Source: Neocallimastix sp. 'constans'
Taxonomy: Eukaryota
Length of the DNA: 64,000 nt
Direction of reading: 5' to 3'
Assembly (NCBI GenBank): GCA_050613775.1
Contig: JBODTK010000013.1
Coordinates: forward strand, 744,001 to 808,000
The translations under genes were made by a program, and so were the position numbers. Shown here piece by piece: positions 26,910-45,325 of this stretch. Numbering within the stretch: position 1 is the stretch's first letter; each line of letters starts with the position of its first letter. Under the pieces are notes generated by a model. It had not been told where the DNA came from. It did no database searches and saw only the letters and a program-made list of their open reading frames with translations.

Positions 26910-27868
26910 CCAAATTAAATTTAAAAATTAAACAATAAAAAATAAAAATAAATGTATATATAAAAATATAAGAGAAAATATATATATACATATATAAATT
27001 TATAATTTAAACTATTATTACTAAATACTATATCTATTTACAAAAATTATAACAATAATAATAATAATAATATAAATATTGTAAATTATATAAATATATC
27101 TTTAAATATTATTAATTATTAAATAAAAAATTAATATAAATTATATATATATATATATATATTTCTAAATGTTAAAAAATAATTATAATTTATTTACATT
27201 AATGATAAGAATAAATATATTCATAAATAATTTTAATTTTTAAAATAATAATATAATCAGTTTTTTAAATTTTTTTTTTTTATTTTATTTTATTTTATTT
27301 TTTATTATATTTTATTTTTATTTTTATTTTATTTTATTTTATATTATTTTTATTTAATTTTATTTTATTTTATTTCCATTTTATTTTTATTTTATTTCCA
27401 TTTTATTTTTATTTTATTTTATATTATTTTATTTTATTTTATTTTATTTTATTTTATTTTTAATATATATTAAATTAAAATATATATCCTTATTTTTTTT
27501 TTTTTTTTTAATAATAAATATCTAATATAAAAAAAAAAATTGAAAAGCACATAAAAATCATAAAAATAGAAATAAAAAATATATTATATAAATATAAATA
27601 TAAATATAAAGAATAAAAAATAAAAAATAAAAAAATTATATCCATTAAATAGATGTGTTTTTTTTAGTATCGATTTTACATACTTTTTATTAATATTATT
27701 ATTATAATTGAAAAGTGAAAATCAAAATCAATTATAAAGAGGTAAAACATTAAAAGTAATAATAATAATTATAATAACATAAAAAAAATTTTTTTATCTA
27801 TAATTTATTAAAAGTACTTATAAAAAGGTTTATATTATATATATTACTATTATATATATATATATATA

Positions 27869-27902
<34 letters not shown>

Positions 27903-28292
27903 CTTTAAAAAATTGAAAAATTGTATTTGTTACAACAACTTTCAATCCATTTTTAAGATGTTAATAATAATAATAATGATAATAATTATTCTATGAAATA
28001 AAATATAATTCTATATAAAAAAGAAAAAAAATGATAATAATAACATATAAATATATTATTATTATCTTTATTTATAGTTTTAATATAAGAAATTGTTAAT
28101 AAAGCAAAAAAATATAAAAAAAATTAAAATAATAATATAAAATTATATATAAAAATAAAAATAAAAATAAAATGTATAATATATATTTTCATATAATAAT
28201 ACTTTATTTAATAATAAAAATAAAAAAAATAAAAATTACTAATTTTACTATACTTTTTTTTTTTTTTTTTCTTGGTGTAGTTTTTTAAATTC

Positions 28293-28336
<44 letters not shown>

Positions 28337-28451
28337 CTTACATATTTTTTATTATTTTTCTTAAATATGTCTTCTTTTTTTTTTAAGAAAAAAAAAAAGA
28401 AAATAGGAAATAAAGGGAGGGAAAAAATAATACATCATATTTTTATTTCTT

Positions 28452-28486
<35 letters not shown>

Positions 28487-28787
28487 TTTTCATTGTTTAT
28501 TTTTATAATTTTTTTTAAATATTTTTTATTATTCATTTATTTATTTTTTTTTTTTTTTTTTTTGATTTTTTTATCTTTTTTTTTTGATTTATTATAATTT
28601 ATATTTTATTTTATGTAATTTTATATACTTAATAATATATTTTTTATTATTGATATTATTATTTATGAAATTTTTTTTTTGTTTTTCTTGTTTGTTTTTT
28701 TTTTTATTATTTAACCTTTTTTTTTTTTATTGAAATTTATATATATATATATATATTTTATTTTATTTTATTTATCTATTATTAATC

Positions 28788-31090
28788 TTATAAAACAATT
28801 TGATGTTTTTGCGAGATAATAGCATAATTTGCAGTATTTCTTTTGATAATATCTACAACTGGACCTAATAATCTTGTAAATGCCTTTTTACCTAAAGTAG
28901 CACACTTTATCTTTCCTTTAGCCTTTATGGTAGCAGCTCTTGGCTTATCAGTTAATAAAGCCAATTCTATTAATTTATAATTTAATATTATAATAATTTT
29001 TAGCATAAAATTATAATATTAAAATATCATTAATAAATATATAATACAAATTAAAATGTTATTAATAAATAATTTAAATAAATTTTTTCAACAAAAAAAC
29101 AAAATAAAAATAAAAATAAAAATAAAATAAATAAAATAAAATAAATAAATATTAATTAATAATTATTTTATTAGAATTTACATCAAATAAATAATATTGC
29201 TTAATAATAGTACTTAAATAATTATAAATATATATTTATATATATATAAAAAAAAAAAAAAAAAAAAAATACTTACCACCAAAGTATTCACCCTTATGTA
29301 AGGTTGAAATTTCACGAATAATTCCATCATCATCTTCTTGTAAGACAGCAGCTTCACCAGATTCAATAAGATAGAAGTTTTCACCAACATCACCTTGCTT
29401 AATTATAATATCAGAATCATTATAGGTAACGGATTCTAAAGCATCAGCAATTTTGTGACGTTCGTATGGTTCTAATGAAGACAATAACGGAACTTCTTCT
29501 AAGAAAAGCTCATACATCTTTCTCTTACGAGAAGTGTTTTCCATAAGAATCTTACGGAAGGTAATACGATCTAAAGCCCATAAAATACAATCAGATGTAG
29601 CCATAATGGTAGCAGCTCTTGGAGCATTATACATTAAAGCTAATTCACCAAAACTGGCGCCTGGTCCGTAATCACCAACCTTAATTGGAGGAGTACCATT
29701 CTTAGAAATAAAGATATCAAGAGTACCAGTTTCAACAACGTAGAAGTAATCTCCAACACCACCTTGTCTAATTACACAGTCACCATTAGCTGCACGCTTT
29801 TCACTCATAGCATTAACAACATCAGTGTATTGTTCTTCATCTAAGTTTTTAAATAAAAAGTTATTAGAGATAGAAACTTGAATACGTTTACGTTGTTCTT
29901 CTGTCTTTGGAATAATAACTTTAACATAATTCTTATCAGAAGTTGGTGCCATTGATTCAGCACTAACAGATGTACGACGACCTTTTAAATTTTAATTTAT
30001 AATAAAAAATTTATATCAGTCACATAATCAATATTCATTATATTATTTAAATAATAATACAATAAATTTTAGAACAAATAAAAATAAATATAAAAAATTT
30101 TTAAAATAAAAATATAATATATAGTAAAAGTGTAATAAATAATAAAAAATAATAAAATTTTGTAAAAAAAAAAAAAAATAAAATAAAATAAATAAATAAA
30201 ATAAAAATAAAATAAAAATAAAAATAAAAATAAAATTAAAAATAAAAATAAAAATGATAATAATAATAATAAATATTAGAACAAATAAAAATAGTAATAG
30301 AAAAAATTCAAGTTAAAAATATAAAAAATAATAAAAATTATAAAAATTATAAAAAGAAATAAAAATAATAAAAAAAAGTAATAATTAAAAAGAATAAACA
30401 AATATTAAATTATAAAAAAAAGTATAAATACAATATAAAAATTGGAAAAGAAAAATAAAAATAAAATAAAATAAAATAAAAAAATTAGAAAAATTAGAAA
30501 ATAAAAATAAAAATAAAAATAATTCAGTATATTTGAAAAATATCAAGTTTCATTAATATTTAATTGAATTTAATTATTTAAATAATTATTTATATAAAGA
30601 GAAAATATATAAATTATTATTATTATTTTATAATAATATACCTCTATTATAATTAACTGGTGGTGGTGGTGGTGGTAAATCCATAGTTTCATCTTCAGAT
30701 TCTGTTTCTATGTGATCATTGGTATCTTTTGGTAATGAATGACTTGAAAGAGAATTAACTTCATCTTTTTCTTCTTCTTTTTCTTCTTCTTCTTCTTCCT
30801 CTTCAACATTTGAAGTTTCTTGTCTTTCACTTTCACTCTCTGAAAATGTTTCTCTTGCATCATTCATTTCCTCAGATTGAGAATCATTTTGATTTTCGAC
30901 TTCATTTTCATTTTCATCTTCGTTTGCATTTTCATTGTTATAATTTTCAGAATATGATTGTGCTTCATATATTATAAGAAATAAAAAAGTATATATAAAT
31001 ATATACAATATTTAAATATATTTTTTGAGCATCATTATTATATTATATTTTTATTATTTCATAATAAAAAGTTATTTTGTTATATAAAAC

Positions 31091-31132
<42 letters not shown>

Positions 31133-31415
31133 TATTATTATTAGTTATCGTTTTTATATATGTATAAATATATAAATACTAAATATAATAATAATAGTAT
31201 TATTATTATTACTATAAATATATTTTTTTTTAAAATTGTTCCATTAAATTACCTAAAGAGATCAACTGAGCTCTTTGTTCCTTAAGCTTATAATGGAAAT
31301 ACGTAGCACAAAATTGTACAACATCTTGTGGTTGGTGTTCCAATAATTCCTTTTCTAATTCCTTTAAAATTTCCTCGGAATCAGGTGAAAGTTCTTTTTT
31401 TTCTTTATTATCCAT
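28788..31415 (-). CDS. pkaR: cAMP-dependent protein kinase regulatory subunit (RII-like), 4 exons
   Basis: N-terminal dimerisation/docking domain (LKELEKELLEHQPQDVVQFCATYF), acidic linker, inhibitor site RGRRTSVSAES split by an intron (30642/29981), and two cNMP domains with FGELALMYNAPRAAT and FGELALLTDKPRAAT. Confidence 0.96.
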
Positions 31416-34400
31416 ATTTAAAAATATTTATAATATTTTATGAAAAAATATACTAAAAAAAATTAAAAAATAAAAAATAAAAAAAGAATAAATAATATAA
31501 ATAATTTGTCTATTCTATTAATTGAATGAATATGAATATTATTAGCTTTATTTTTATTATTAATATATATTTAATAAATTTTTATAATAATAGTATTATT
31601 ATAAAATAATATTTGTAGTTGTTATATATATATTTATATATAGTTTTAAATATTGGTATTATTTATTTTATTATAATAGTTAATAATATTTAATAATAAT
31701 ATATAATATATATAAAAATAAACAAAAAAAAATAAATTAGTGTATATTATTTAAATATAATTAAAACAAAATAAAAAAAAAAAAATAAGAATAGAAATAA
31801 TAAATCAAAATTTGCTAAAAAAAAAAATATTATAAAAAAAATAAATAAATATTTGTAGTAAAGTTTCTATTTTTTTTTTTTTCTATTATTATCATTATTT
31901 TTGTTTTAATATATTCTACGTTGATTTATATTTATTTATAAAAATATAACAATTATTGCACAATTAATGAATGAACTTTGAATGATTTATCTTACATCTT
32001 TTATCATAAATCTAATTGTTAATTTATAATTTTATAATTATTTATATAAATATTCTTTTTATTTAATCTATAGAATATTTTAAATTAATTGAAGACTAAG
32101 TCGACTATATTAAAAACTTTTTATTTTTTAGTTCTTTTTTTTTTTTTTTTCGAAAATTTATAGTATATTATCTTTAACAATAATATTAAAATATCATTTA
32201 TTTCGAATATATAAAATAACCATTATTTCAAATATTAAATATAATATATATTTATTTTTCCAAACAATTTTTTTTTTTATATTCATAAATATTAATATTG
32301 ATTATTGACAATTTTTATTTATCTTTCATACTATTATTTTTTTAAAAAATATATTTTGTAATTGATATTAATTCTTAAAACTATTAATACAATTGTTATT
32401 ACAATTATTATTGTTATTATTATTATTATTTTATTAAATGTATTTATATTTTAAAATAAATAATAAATTTATATAGAAATATATTTATCAAACTTTCTCC
32501 TCTAATTTATAATAAACGTATATAAATATATAAACATAAACATAAAATGTATGTTCAATCTTTTTATCTTCTTGATTTTTTTTTTTTTTACTTTTTTTTT
32601 TTTTTGTTCTATTATTTTATATTTTGAACTGTACTCTTTATTATAACTTATTTTCTTTTTTTTTCAATTGAGAAAAAAAAATAACTTAATTATACATATA
32701 ATAATCTGTTATAATAATATATAAAAATGAAATAAAATAGTATATTATTATTATTACTTTATTAGTTTTACTTTTTTATTAGTATTTTTCTTTTTATTTT
32801 TTTAAAGAAATAAAAATAAAAATTAAAATAAAATAAAAGCTAAAAATTTAATAAATTGAAAAAATTTAAATAATTAATATAAAAAAATAATATTAAGATT
32901 TGTTATTATCAATCAGACTATGTTATTATATACATTAATAAATATATATAAATTTAATATCGAAATTAATAAAATTAAAAATAAATAATATATACTATTT
33001 AATAGTATATATAAATAGGATTTAATAGTATTTATTGTTATTTATTATTTATTATTTATTATTTATTATTTATTATTCATTATTTATTATTTATTATTTT
33101 TTATTATTTATTATTTATTATTTATTATTTATTATTTATTATTTATTATTTTATTATTTATTATTTATGATTTATTATTTATGATTTATTATTTATTATT
33201 TATTTATTATTATTTATTATTTATTATTTATTATTTATTATTTATTATTTAATTATTTATTATTTATTATTTCAAATCAAAACAATACTAATTATAACAA
33301 AAAAATTCTTTTTAATACAATTATTTAAATATTAAATTTATATATAATATGAAATATATAATAATGTACAATATTAATGGAAAAAAAATAAATTTATAAT
33401 AAAAAAAATATTCTTTAAAATTTATTAAGTAATCTTAACCTATTCAATATTTTTTACAAATATCTTTTTAAATTTACTATATATATAACCTTAACCTATT
33501 CAATATTTTATTACGTCAATAATATTAACTGTATTAAATATCATTTATTAAGTAATAACTTATTATTTATAAAGAATACTCAAAAAAAAAAAAAAATTAT
33601 ATATAATATTTATAAAACGAATTAAATAAGAAGTAATAAGAAAAAATATAAGATATAATAAAAATAAATTTTAATTACATTTTAATAATTTGATCTAAAA
33701 AGTACAATTAATATTATTTAAGATTTATATAATCAAAATTTCTATTTTTAATTATTTCTATTTATAAATATTTTTTAAAAAAAAAATGAAAAAATGAAAA
33801 AATATTTATATATTAATTATTTCACAGATCTAATAATTATTAAATAATATAACAAAGAAGTAAAAAATAATGTATGATTATGAAATTAGAAATAATAATG
33901 GATTAAATGAATATATAAATAAATATTTTTTATAACTGTAATATTATTAAAGTTTTATCATTTAAAGTTAAGAGTCTTTTTTTTTTTTTGTTTAATCTTA
34001 AATAATATTTATTGGAAATACTTTAGAATTTATAGTTTAATATTTTTAACATTAAAATTTCTTATAATTGAATATAAAAAATAATAATAATTATAATTTA
34101 TAATTAAATTTTAAGAATTTTAATGATTGAATTGTTTATTTCTCTTTTAAATATTTTTCAAATTCAAATATTTTTTATTTTTAATTTTAAATTTTAAATT
34201 TTTTTATTTTTTTATTTTAATTTTTTTTTAAATTTTTTTTTTTTTTTATTTATTTTATTTTATTTTATTTTATTTATAAACCTATGGTTAATATTTAAAT
34301 TTTTATTTTATTGGTATATATTTTATATATCAAGTATCCTTCCTTTTTTTTTTTTTTTTACCTTAATATATATATTTTAATCATTAAATTAATCTATTGT

Positions 34401-34566
34401 TATAATCAATTATAAAATAAAAAGATACTTTTTTATTTTCAAATTTTTATTATTGATTTAATTTGATTTGATTAGGCTTCCATTTTCCATAAAAAAAAAA
34501 AAAAAAAAAAAAAATTTTTTTCATTATTATCAAAAAATTTCATTTATTACTATTGCTATTTAATAT

Positions 34567-34714
34567 CTTCCTAGTTTTTATCCTGGAAGTTATTCACTTA
34601 AAGTTTTGTAGATCGACTCAGCAATTACATGCTGAATTTATATAGGGATTTTTTATCCTTCCAGAGTGCTTTTACCTATAAATGAAATTGGTGTTCACTC
34701 GCCATGGTAAGTAT
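34567..34714 (-). ncRNA. Candidate structured RNA with partial resemblance to U1 snRNA (unconfirmed)
   Basis: Relatively GC-rich intergenic island starting ATACTTACC on the minus strand, with four potential hairpins; no canonical Sm site; stops in all six frames. Confidence 0.25.
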
Positions 34715-35152
34715 TTCTGTTGCTAGACCATATAATTGCAGAGAGCATTTGATTAATGTAATTGTTCCTCCTTCCAAGAAGTCCGTCATATACAAGTGGC
34801 GTATATTAATTATTAACTTTTCCTTTATTGGTTAATAACTGTTAAATATAAGAAAAAAAATTTTTTTTAAATTTGAAAATACTTTATGGATATAAAATAT
34901 ATAAAATATTACATATATAAATACAATATAGATAAATGTATCATACAATAAATGAAAAATAAAATAATAATAATGTATTGGTTTCTTATTCCTTATACTC
35001 CTAATATAATAATTCAAATAACAATAATTGATCAATTGGTTACAGTTCTTTTTATTATTAATAAAAATGTATATATAATTTTAGAAGTAATAAATCAGAA
35101 ATAAAAAAAAAGTATTGATAGTTTTTTTTTATTTTTTTTTTTTTATATTTTA

Positions 35153-35290
35153 TTTTTTTTTTATAGACTGAAGACTTTTGTCTCCCTCATATGTTAATAT
35201 GGATGTATGTTTTACTATCATACCGGTACGACGTCGACGCTCGCAACTCCCCATAAGCAAAGAAACACCATTTAGAAGTACTCTACTAGT
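35153..35290 (-). mobile_element. Short 3' remnant of a LINE-related retroelement
   Basis: Minus strand carries GAGCGTCGACGTCGTAC, identical to 59508-59524 in the LINE, and ends CTTCAGTCTAT(A)n, similar to the CTTCCTAGTCT(A)n tail of the other copies. Confidence 0.55.
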
Positions 35291-36073
35291 ATTTTTTTTA
35301 TATTGAAACTATATATATAAATATATAAATAAGTATTTAATGATAATATAGTTATATATTAAAGTACTTACCTACATTATTAATTATTATATATAAATAT
35401 TAAATTATTATATAGTATTTTTTATTTTTTTCTTTTTACGTTTTATATATTTTTTTCTTATTTTTCTTATTATATTTATTTATTTTTATTATTGCTATTT
35501 ATTATTTTTTTTTTTTGAATGTATTATTAAAATAATTGATTTTAACGATTTAATACTTTTATGTTTAAAGATTATATTTTATTTTTTAATTAATAACATT
35601 AACATTATTTATTTAATATTTAATATTTTTATTAAAAAAATATATATATATATAATAAAATAAAAATAAAATTTCTAGTTCATGATCACACGTGTTATTT
35701 TTAATAAATATTAAAAAGAAAAATTAAATTAAAATTATTGATTAAAAAAAAATTGATGTGCAGTACTCGAAATTTCTTAACATCTGTATCATGTGACAGA
35801 CATATTATAATCTTTTTTTTTTTATGGATGATCTTTTTTTTTTTTATTTTAATTTTTATTTTTTATTTTTATTTTTATAGAAATATATCTAATAAATAAC
35901 AGGTTTTTTTTTTGAAATTCAAATTTAGAAATTTGTATATTATATTAATTTTTTTCTTTTTTAATAATTTAATTTTAATATTTTTTTTTAATAAAATAAA
36001 GTAAAATAAAATAAAATAAAATAAAATAAATAAATAAATAAATAATAATAAAATAAAAAAAAAAAAAAAAAAA

Positions 36074-39150
<3,077 letters not shown>

Positions 39151-39463
39151 AAATAAATAAATAAAAAAATAAATAAATAAATAAATAAAAAATAAAAAAA
39201 AAAATAATAAGATAGGATAAGATAAACTAATAAATAACATTTATCATTTTTTTTTTAATAAGGAATAAAAAAAAAAAATAAAATAATAATTTTTTTTTTT
39301 TTTTAAAACTAATAATAATTCAGAAATCAGAAATTTAGAACTTTATATTTTTTTTTTATTCTAATTTTTTTTTTTTTTATCTATTTAATTAATATAATTT
39401 TATTTAAAACAATATATATTTATATAATAAAAAGTATTTTCTATATAGTTTAAATTATTTAAA

Positions 39464-39498
<35 letters not shown>

Positions 39499-39545
39499 TT
39501 AATATTAATGAATAAAAAATAAAAATTAAAATAAAAAAATGACAA

Positions 39546-39645
39546 TTTTTTTTTTTTTTTTTTTTTTTTGGACAAAGACTAGAAAGAGAATTCACTTCCA
39601 GGGTGTTTTATTAAATCGATAGTTGTATTTTTTTATGTATTAACA
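39546..39645 (-). mobile_element. Short retro-insertion, diverged variant of the hairpin+poly(A) tail
   Basis: Minus strand reads ...ATCGATTTAATAAAACACCCTGGAAGTGAATTCTCTTTCTAGTCTTTGTCC(A)n; shares upstream AATACATAAAAAA with the 39996-40084 copy. 5' boundary uncertain. Confidence 0.6.
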
Positions 39646-39995
39646 TTTATTAAAAATATATTTATATATATTATATAATTTAAAGATAAAAATAAAATGA
39701 TAAAATGTATGTAAAAGATTTAAGTAAAATAAAAAAAAAAAAAAAAAAATAAAAAAAAAAAAAAATTTCAATGTATTAGTATGTGTAGTGTTAATATGAT
39801 CATCATTTAAAATCTAAAAATGATAAAATGAAAAAAGTTTTTAACATCTTTTAAAAAAAAATAGATAGTAGATAGTGTAGTGTGTGATGTCCACTACTAA
39901 ACTCTTTCCATGAAAATGCAGAAAGATTCTCATTAAGAGAATTATTCTTTCTGGATTCTATGAGAGGAACTAGACTATTAGTATTTGTGTCAGAA

Positions 39996-40084
39996 TTTTT
40001 TTTTTTTTACACTAGGAAGAGAATACATTTCCAGTGCTTTATTAAATAGATGATTTAATTTTTTATGTATTTACAACTAGAGTG
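39996..40084 (-). mobile_element. 89-bp retro-insertion with poly(A) tail and perfect 18-bp target-site duplication
   Basis: TTAGTATTTGTGTCAGAA at 39978-39995 and 40085-40102 flanks a sequence reading, on minus, CACTCTAGTTGTAAATACATAAAAAATTAAATCATCTATTTAATAAAGCACTGGAAATGTATTCTCTTCCTAGTGT(A)n. Confidence 0.9.
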
Positions 40085-40595
40085 TTAGTATTTGTGTCAG
40101 AAATATATATAATAATGAAAAAAAAAAAATATAAAAGATAATAATTTTTTTTTTTTTTTTATTTAAATTATAATAAATAATAATAATAGTGGTACCAGAA
40201 GTAGCAATAATAATACTTCATAAACTTTTTTTAAATATATTTCTTTATTATACTTAAAAATTTATTAAAAAAAAAAAAAAATAATTTACATTTTTCTAAA
40301 TTAATATATTTTTTTTTTAATTCTAAATTTATAAATATGAAAACTGATAATTGATAACTATGAAAAAATAAAAAATAAAAAAATTTTTTTTTATTAATAC
40401 TATAAATATATATATATTTTTTCTTTTTCTAATTTAATAATTTATTTCTATTTATTTATTTATTTATATAAATAAATAAATAAATAAAAATAATATAGGA
40501 TGATATAATAATAAATATAGATACTTCTATATATATATATTTTTTTTATTATTTTTATTTTATTTAATTAATTGTATTGATTTTTTTTTATTCAT

Positions 40596-41125
40596 TTAAA
40601 TAAATAAAAAGGATAGGATGAATAAAAATACTAAATTAATATATTTATTGTATTTTGTAATATCCTGAACACCAGAAACTAATTTAGATTTTTTTACTGC
40701 TTTATAATCTTCGCCGTTGAGTCCTGCAGCAAAAGCAATGACATCACCATGATTATAATAGTCAACGGCGATATAATTAACTTTTCTTTCACAGAATTGA
40801 GTCTGTTCATTAATTCCATTAATTGAATTTGTTTTATCAATAATTGTACTATCAGGAAGATAACCATAATCTAATACTTGAACATGTTTCATGTGATATC
40901 TAATCACAATTGTTTATATATATATATATATATATTAATATACAATTAAAGAAGAAAGAATTATAATAAATATATATATGAATAAATAAAAAAAATTTTT
41001 AAAATTAATATATAATTAATATATATATGAATAAATAAAAAAATTTTTTAAAATAAATATAAATATATATAATATTATAATTTTATATAAAAAATTAAAA
41101 TTGATTTAACAAGTATATTATATAT

Positions 41126-41158
<33 letters not shown>

Positions 41159-42022
41159 TTACAATAAAAATAAACTACCAGAGCCACCCTTAACATCACA
41201 ATTCCAATATTCATTTGATAATGAGACATAATTTGTGTAGCTAACATATTGATCTAATGATAAATACCATGGATAAGCAGGATCAAAAAGTTTATCGGTG
41301 AAAACGACAACATTTTGATGAGTATCAATCATTTCACCTAAGGTTGGCCATTGACCAGGAATTGTTGGAGTAAAAACATAATTAATTAAACCGGAACGGG
41401 TGAATGCGTCATTAACAAGATAAGCCGGAACATTACCGCTAAAATTTTCAAAAAAAAGTGTAATAATCTCATTTGGATTCTGTTCTAAAAAGGAAGCAAT
41501 TAAAGAAAGAGTATCAATGACATCTCCAGCATCAAGGTATAAAGGATCATTACATTTTGTATGGCATAAATGTACGGATCCATCATCATATGGGAAAATA
41601 TCAAGCATAAGTCCTCTAATACCATCCATAAGTTGTTGTGCAATAGGTAACTGTTGATTTGAAGAATAGGATTTTCCTTTATATATATAGAAAAATATAT
41701 ATGTTTAAATATAGTTACTCTTTAATTTATTATTATCTTTTTTTTTTTTTTTTTAATTTTTATTACTATTATGAATATATATATTTATATATTCTTTTTT
41801 TTTTTTTTTTTTTTTAATTAAATATTAATAATATATATATATAAATATTTTTGATATTTTACCAACAGCATAAGAATTATGAGTAGTAGGATAAACTACA
41901 TCGTCATATGTTTTATAGCACAAATTTTCATATCCATTACAATATCTTTGAGCCTTAATTAATAGAGTAAAAAATTGAATGAAAAGGGTATAATATATTA
42001 TATTTTTTATTATATAAGTCAT
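40596..42022 (-). CDS. Secreted, probably GPI-anchored PI-PLC-like phosphodiesterase (PLC X-domain family), 3 exons
   Basis: Signal peptide then CNGYENLCYKTYDDVVYPTTHNSYA, SNQQLPIAQQLMDGIRGLMLDI, VHLCHTKC, FLEQNPNEIITLFFEN, WPTLGEMI, VNYIAVDYYNHGDV; hydrophobic C-terminus (INLVFLFILSFLFI). Confidence 0.88.
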
Positions 42023-43658
42023 TTTTATTAATTTTGCTTTATAAAAAAAATATGAAATGGATTTGTTATTTTTTTGTTCCTTATTTATTACTATTATAAT
42101 ATTTCAATAGCTTTTATTTTTATGTTTATTTTTTTTTACTAATACTATTTTTTAATAAATAAAAATATATTTTAATAGAATTGGATAAACGTCAAATATT
42201 ATACAAAAAAAAAAAAAATAAAATGAAATAAGATTAAATATGTATAACAAAATGTTTAATAAGTAGTTTTAAATAAATAATTGCTTATTTTTTTTTTATT
42301 ATTATTATCCGAAACAACAATTTTTTTTTATATGGTATTTTTAAATAATTTTTGTTTCTGTTTTCCTGAATGAACACATAAACTCATATATGTATATTTA
42401 AATATGTGATATATATATATTTATTAACAATAAGATATATAAAATTATATAATTTCTATTTGCTGATTTCAGCTTTTTTTTTTTATTTCTTTTCCTTTTA
42501 TTTATTTAATTTTTTTTTTTTTTTTTTTTTTGTAATCCTGTTACAACTATTTCTAACTTGATAATACAAAAAAGAAAAAAAATAAAATAAAAATAAAATA
42601 AAGAAAAAAGAAAAAGAATAGAAAAAAAAAGGTATTTCTATCTTTTATATTCTTTTACTAGTTATTATAATTGATTAAAAAAATTTAATAAAAAAAAAAA
42701 AATGAAATACTACACAATTATTTAATATAATATAAAATATTAAATAATTTTAAATCATAATAAATTATTATTAAATAAAATTATTTAAAAAAATTATTTG
42801 TTTTTTTTTTTATTTATTCAAATCTAAATTTATTGGATTATATTTTAATATATAAAATTAATTTATATTATCAATAATATGATTATAAAATAACAATAAA
42901 ATAATAAATAATAAATAATATATTATATATTATATAATATATAATAAATAATAAATTATTTATTTATTTATTTAGCGGCTGTTAAAAACTTCAAATATAT
43001 TTGAATTAATTTGAATATACATATTCAATAATATAAAATATAAATTAACGGCTGTATTCTATTTATTTTTATTTTATTAAAAGAATTATAATATATTGTA
43101 TTATTTTACATTGAATTATATAAATAATAAATCATATAATTTAACATATATTATATACATATTATATGTCTATTTAATTTGAAATAATTGTTATTTATTT
43201 ATTTATTTATTATATATTTATTTATATCATATTTATTCATTCATTTAAAAAATAAAAAAAATATATAATATATTAAGATAGTTTTTAAAGGAATATTTAT
43301 TAATTATTGAAAGAATTGACCTTCAATTTACTATTAATCATAGTTTATATTTTTATATTTTAACAGGATAATATTATAAATTTATTATTATTATTATTAT
43401 TATTACTATTTATTATTAATTATTTATAATTTATTATTTATTATTTATTATTCATTTATAATATTGAATAAAAAGTCAAAAAAGAAAAAAATCCTATAAA
43501 ACATAGAATATTTATTAATATAGCCAATATTAATTATATAAAATAGCCTTTCAAATAATTTCTTTTTTACTTTTTTTGTTTTTTTTTATTCTTATAGAAA
43601 AATTTCCATCAGTTTAAATTGATTTCTATATTTATAATATATATTATAATTATAAATC

Positions 43659-43723
<65 letters not shown>

Positions 43724-44569
43724 TAATTATAATTATCTTTATTATTATTATTATTATTATTATTACTAATTATAATTATCTTTATTATTATTATTATTTA
43801 TTATTTATTATTCATTATTCATTATTTATTATTTATTATTATTTATTATTTATTATTAATTATTTATTATTTATTATTTATTATTTATTATTTATTATTT
43901 ATTATTTATTATTTATTATTTATAATCTATAGTTTTTTTTTTTAAACTTTTTTTTTTCTCTTTTGATTTGAATTATGGCATCCAAAAAAAAAAAAAATTA
44001 CTAAATTTGTCACTTTTGGAAGGCAAAGTTCGAATTTTAATTTTATTTTTTTTTATAAATAATAAAATAATAAAGTAATAAATAAAATATTAAAATATTA
44101 AAAATAATTACTAATAAATTAATTTAATCAATAAGTTTCTTTTTTTAAATGAAAAATGCTGCGCCTCTTTATTATTTATAATCTCTTGAAATTCTCATTT
44201 TTAATTATGCTTTTTTTAATTTAAATAGAATTAAGCCATATAATTTTAATATATAGGAATAATCATCATAGAAAGTCATTAAAAATTAAAATAATTAAAA
44301 AAAAAAAAAAGTTTAAATTTTTATTAGTCTCTAAGTAAGGAGATTTTTGTTTGTCAACATCTTACTCCTTTAAATAATTAATTATATTTTTTTTTAAGTT
44401 TAGTATTTATTATTTAATAATGTGTTTATTTATTTATTAATATAACCTATCCAATTTAAATTCTATGTATAATTCACATTATTTATGTTAATATCATAAA
44501 TCTATAAAATATAAATATCACATAAATCATGTTATCATGTGATATCATCTATTGTGAATTCTCTAAAGA

Positions 44570-45325
<756 letters not shown>

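Noticed and set aside
2641..31415. RasGEF and PKA-R within 30 kb as a Ras-cAMP pathway cluster
   Set aside because: They are separated by unrelated genes and RasGEFs are numerous, so proximity is plausibly chance.
35685..35800. CACGTG and CATGTGAC E-box-like sites upstream of the aminotransferase
   Set aside because: Short motifs without conservation data; cannot be supported as regulatory sites.
39905..39965. ATGA...AAAG...GA arrangement resembling a SECIS element
   Set aside because: Helix II does not pair in the required register, and no adjacent gene shows an in-frame TGA.
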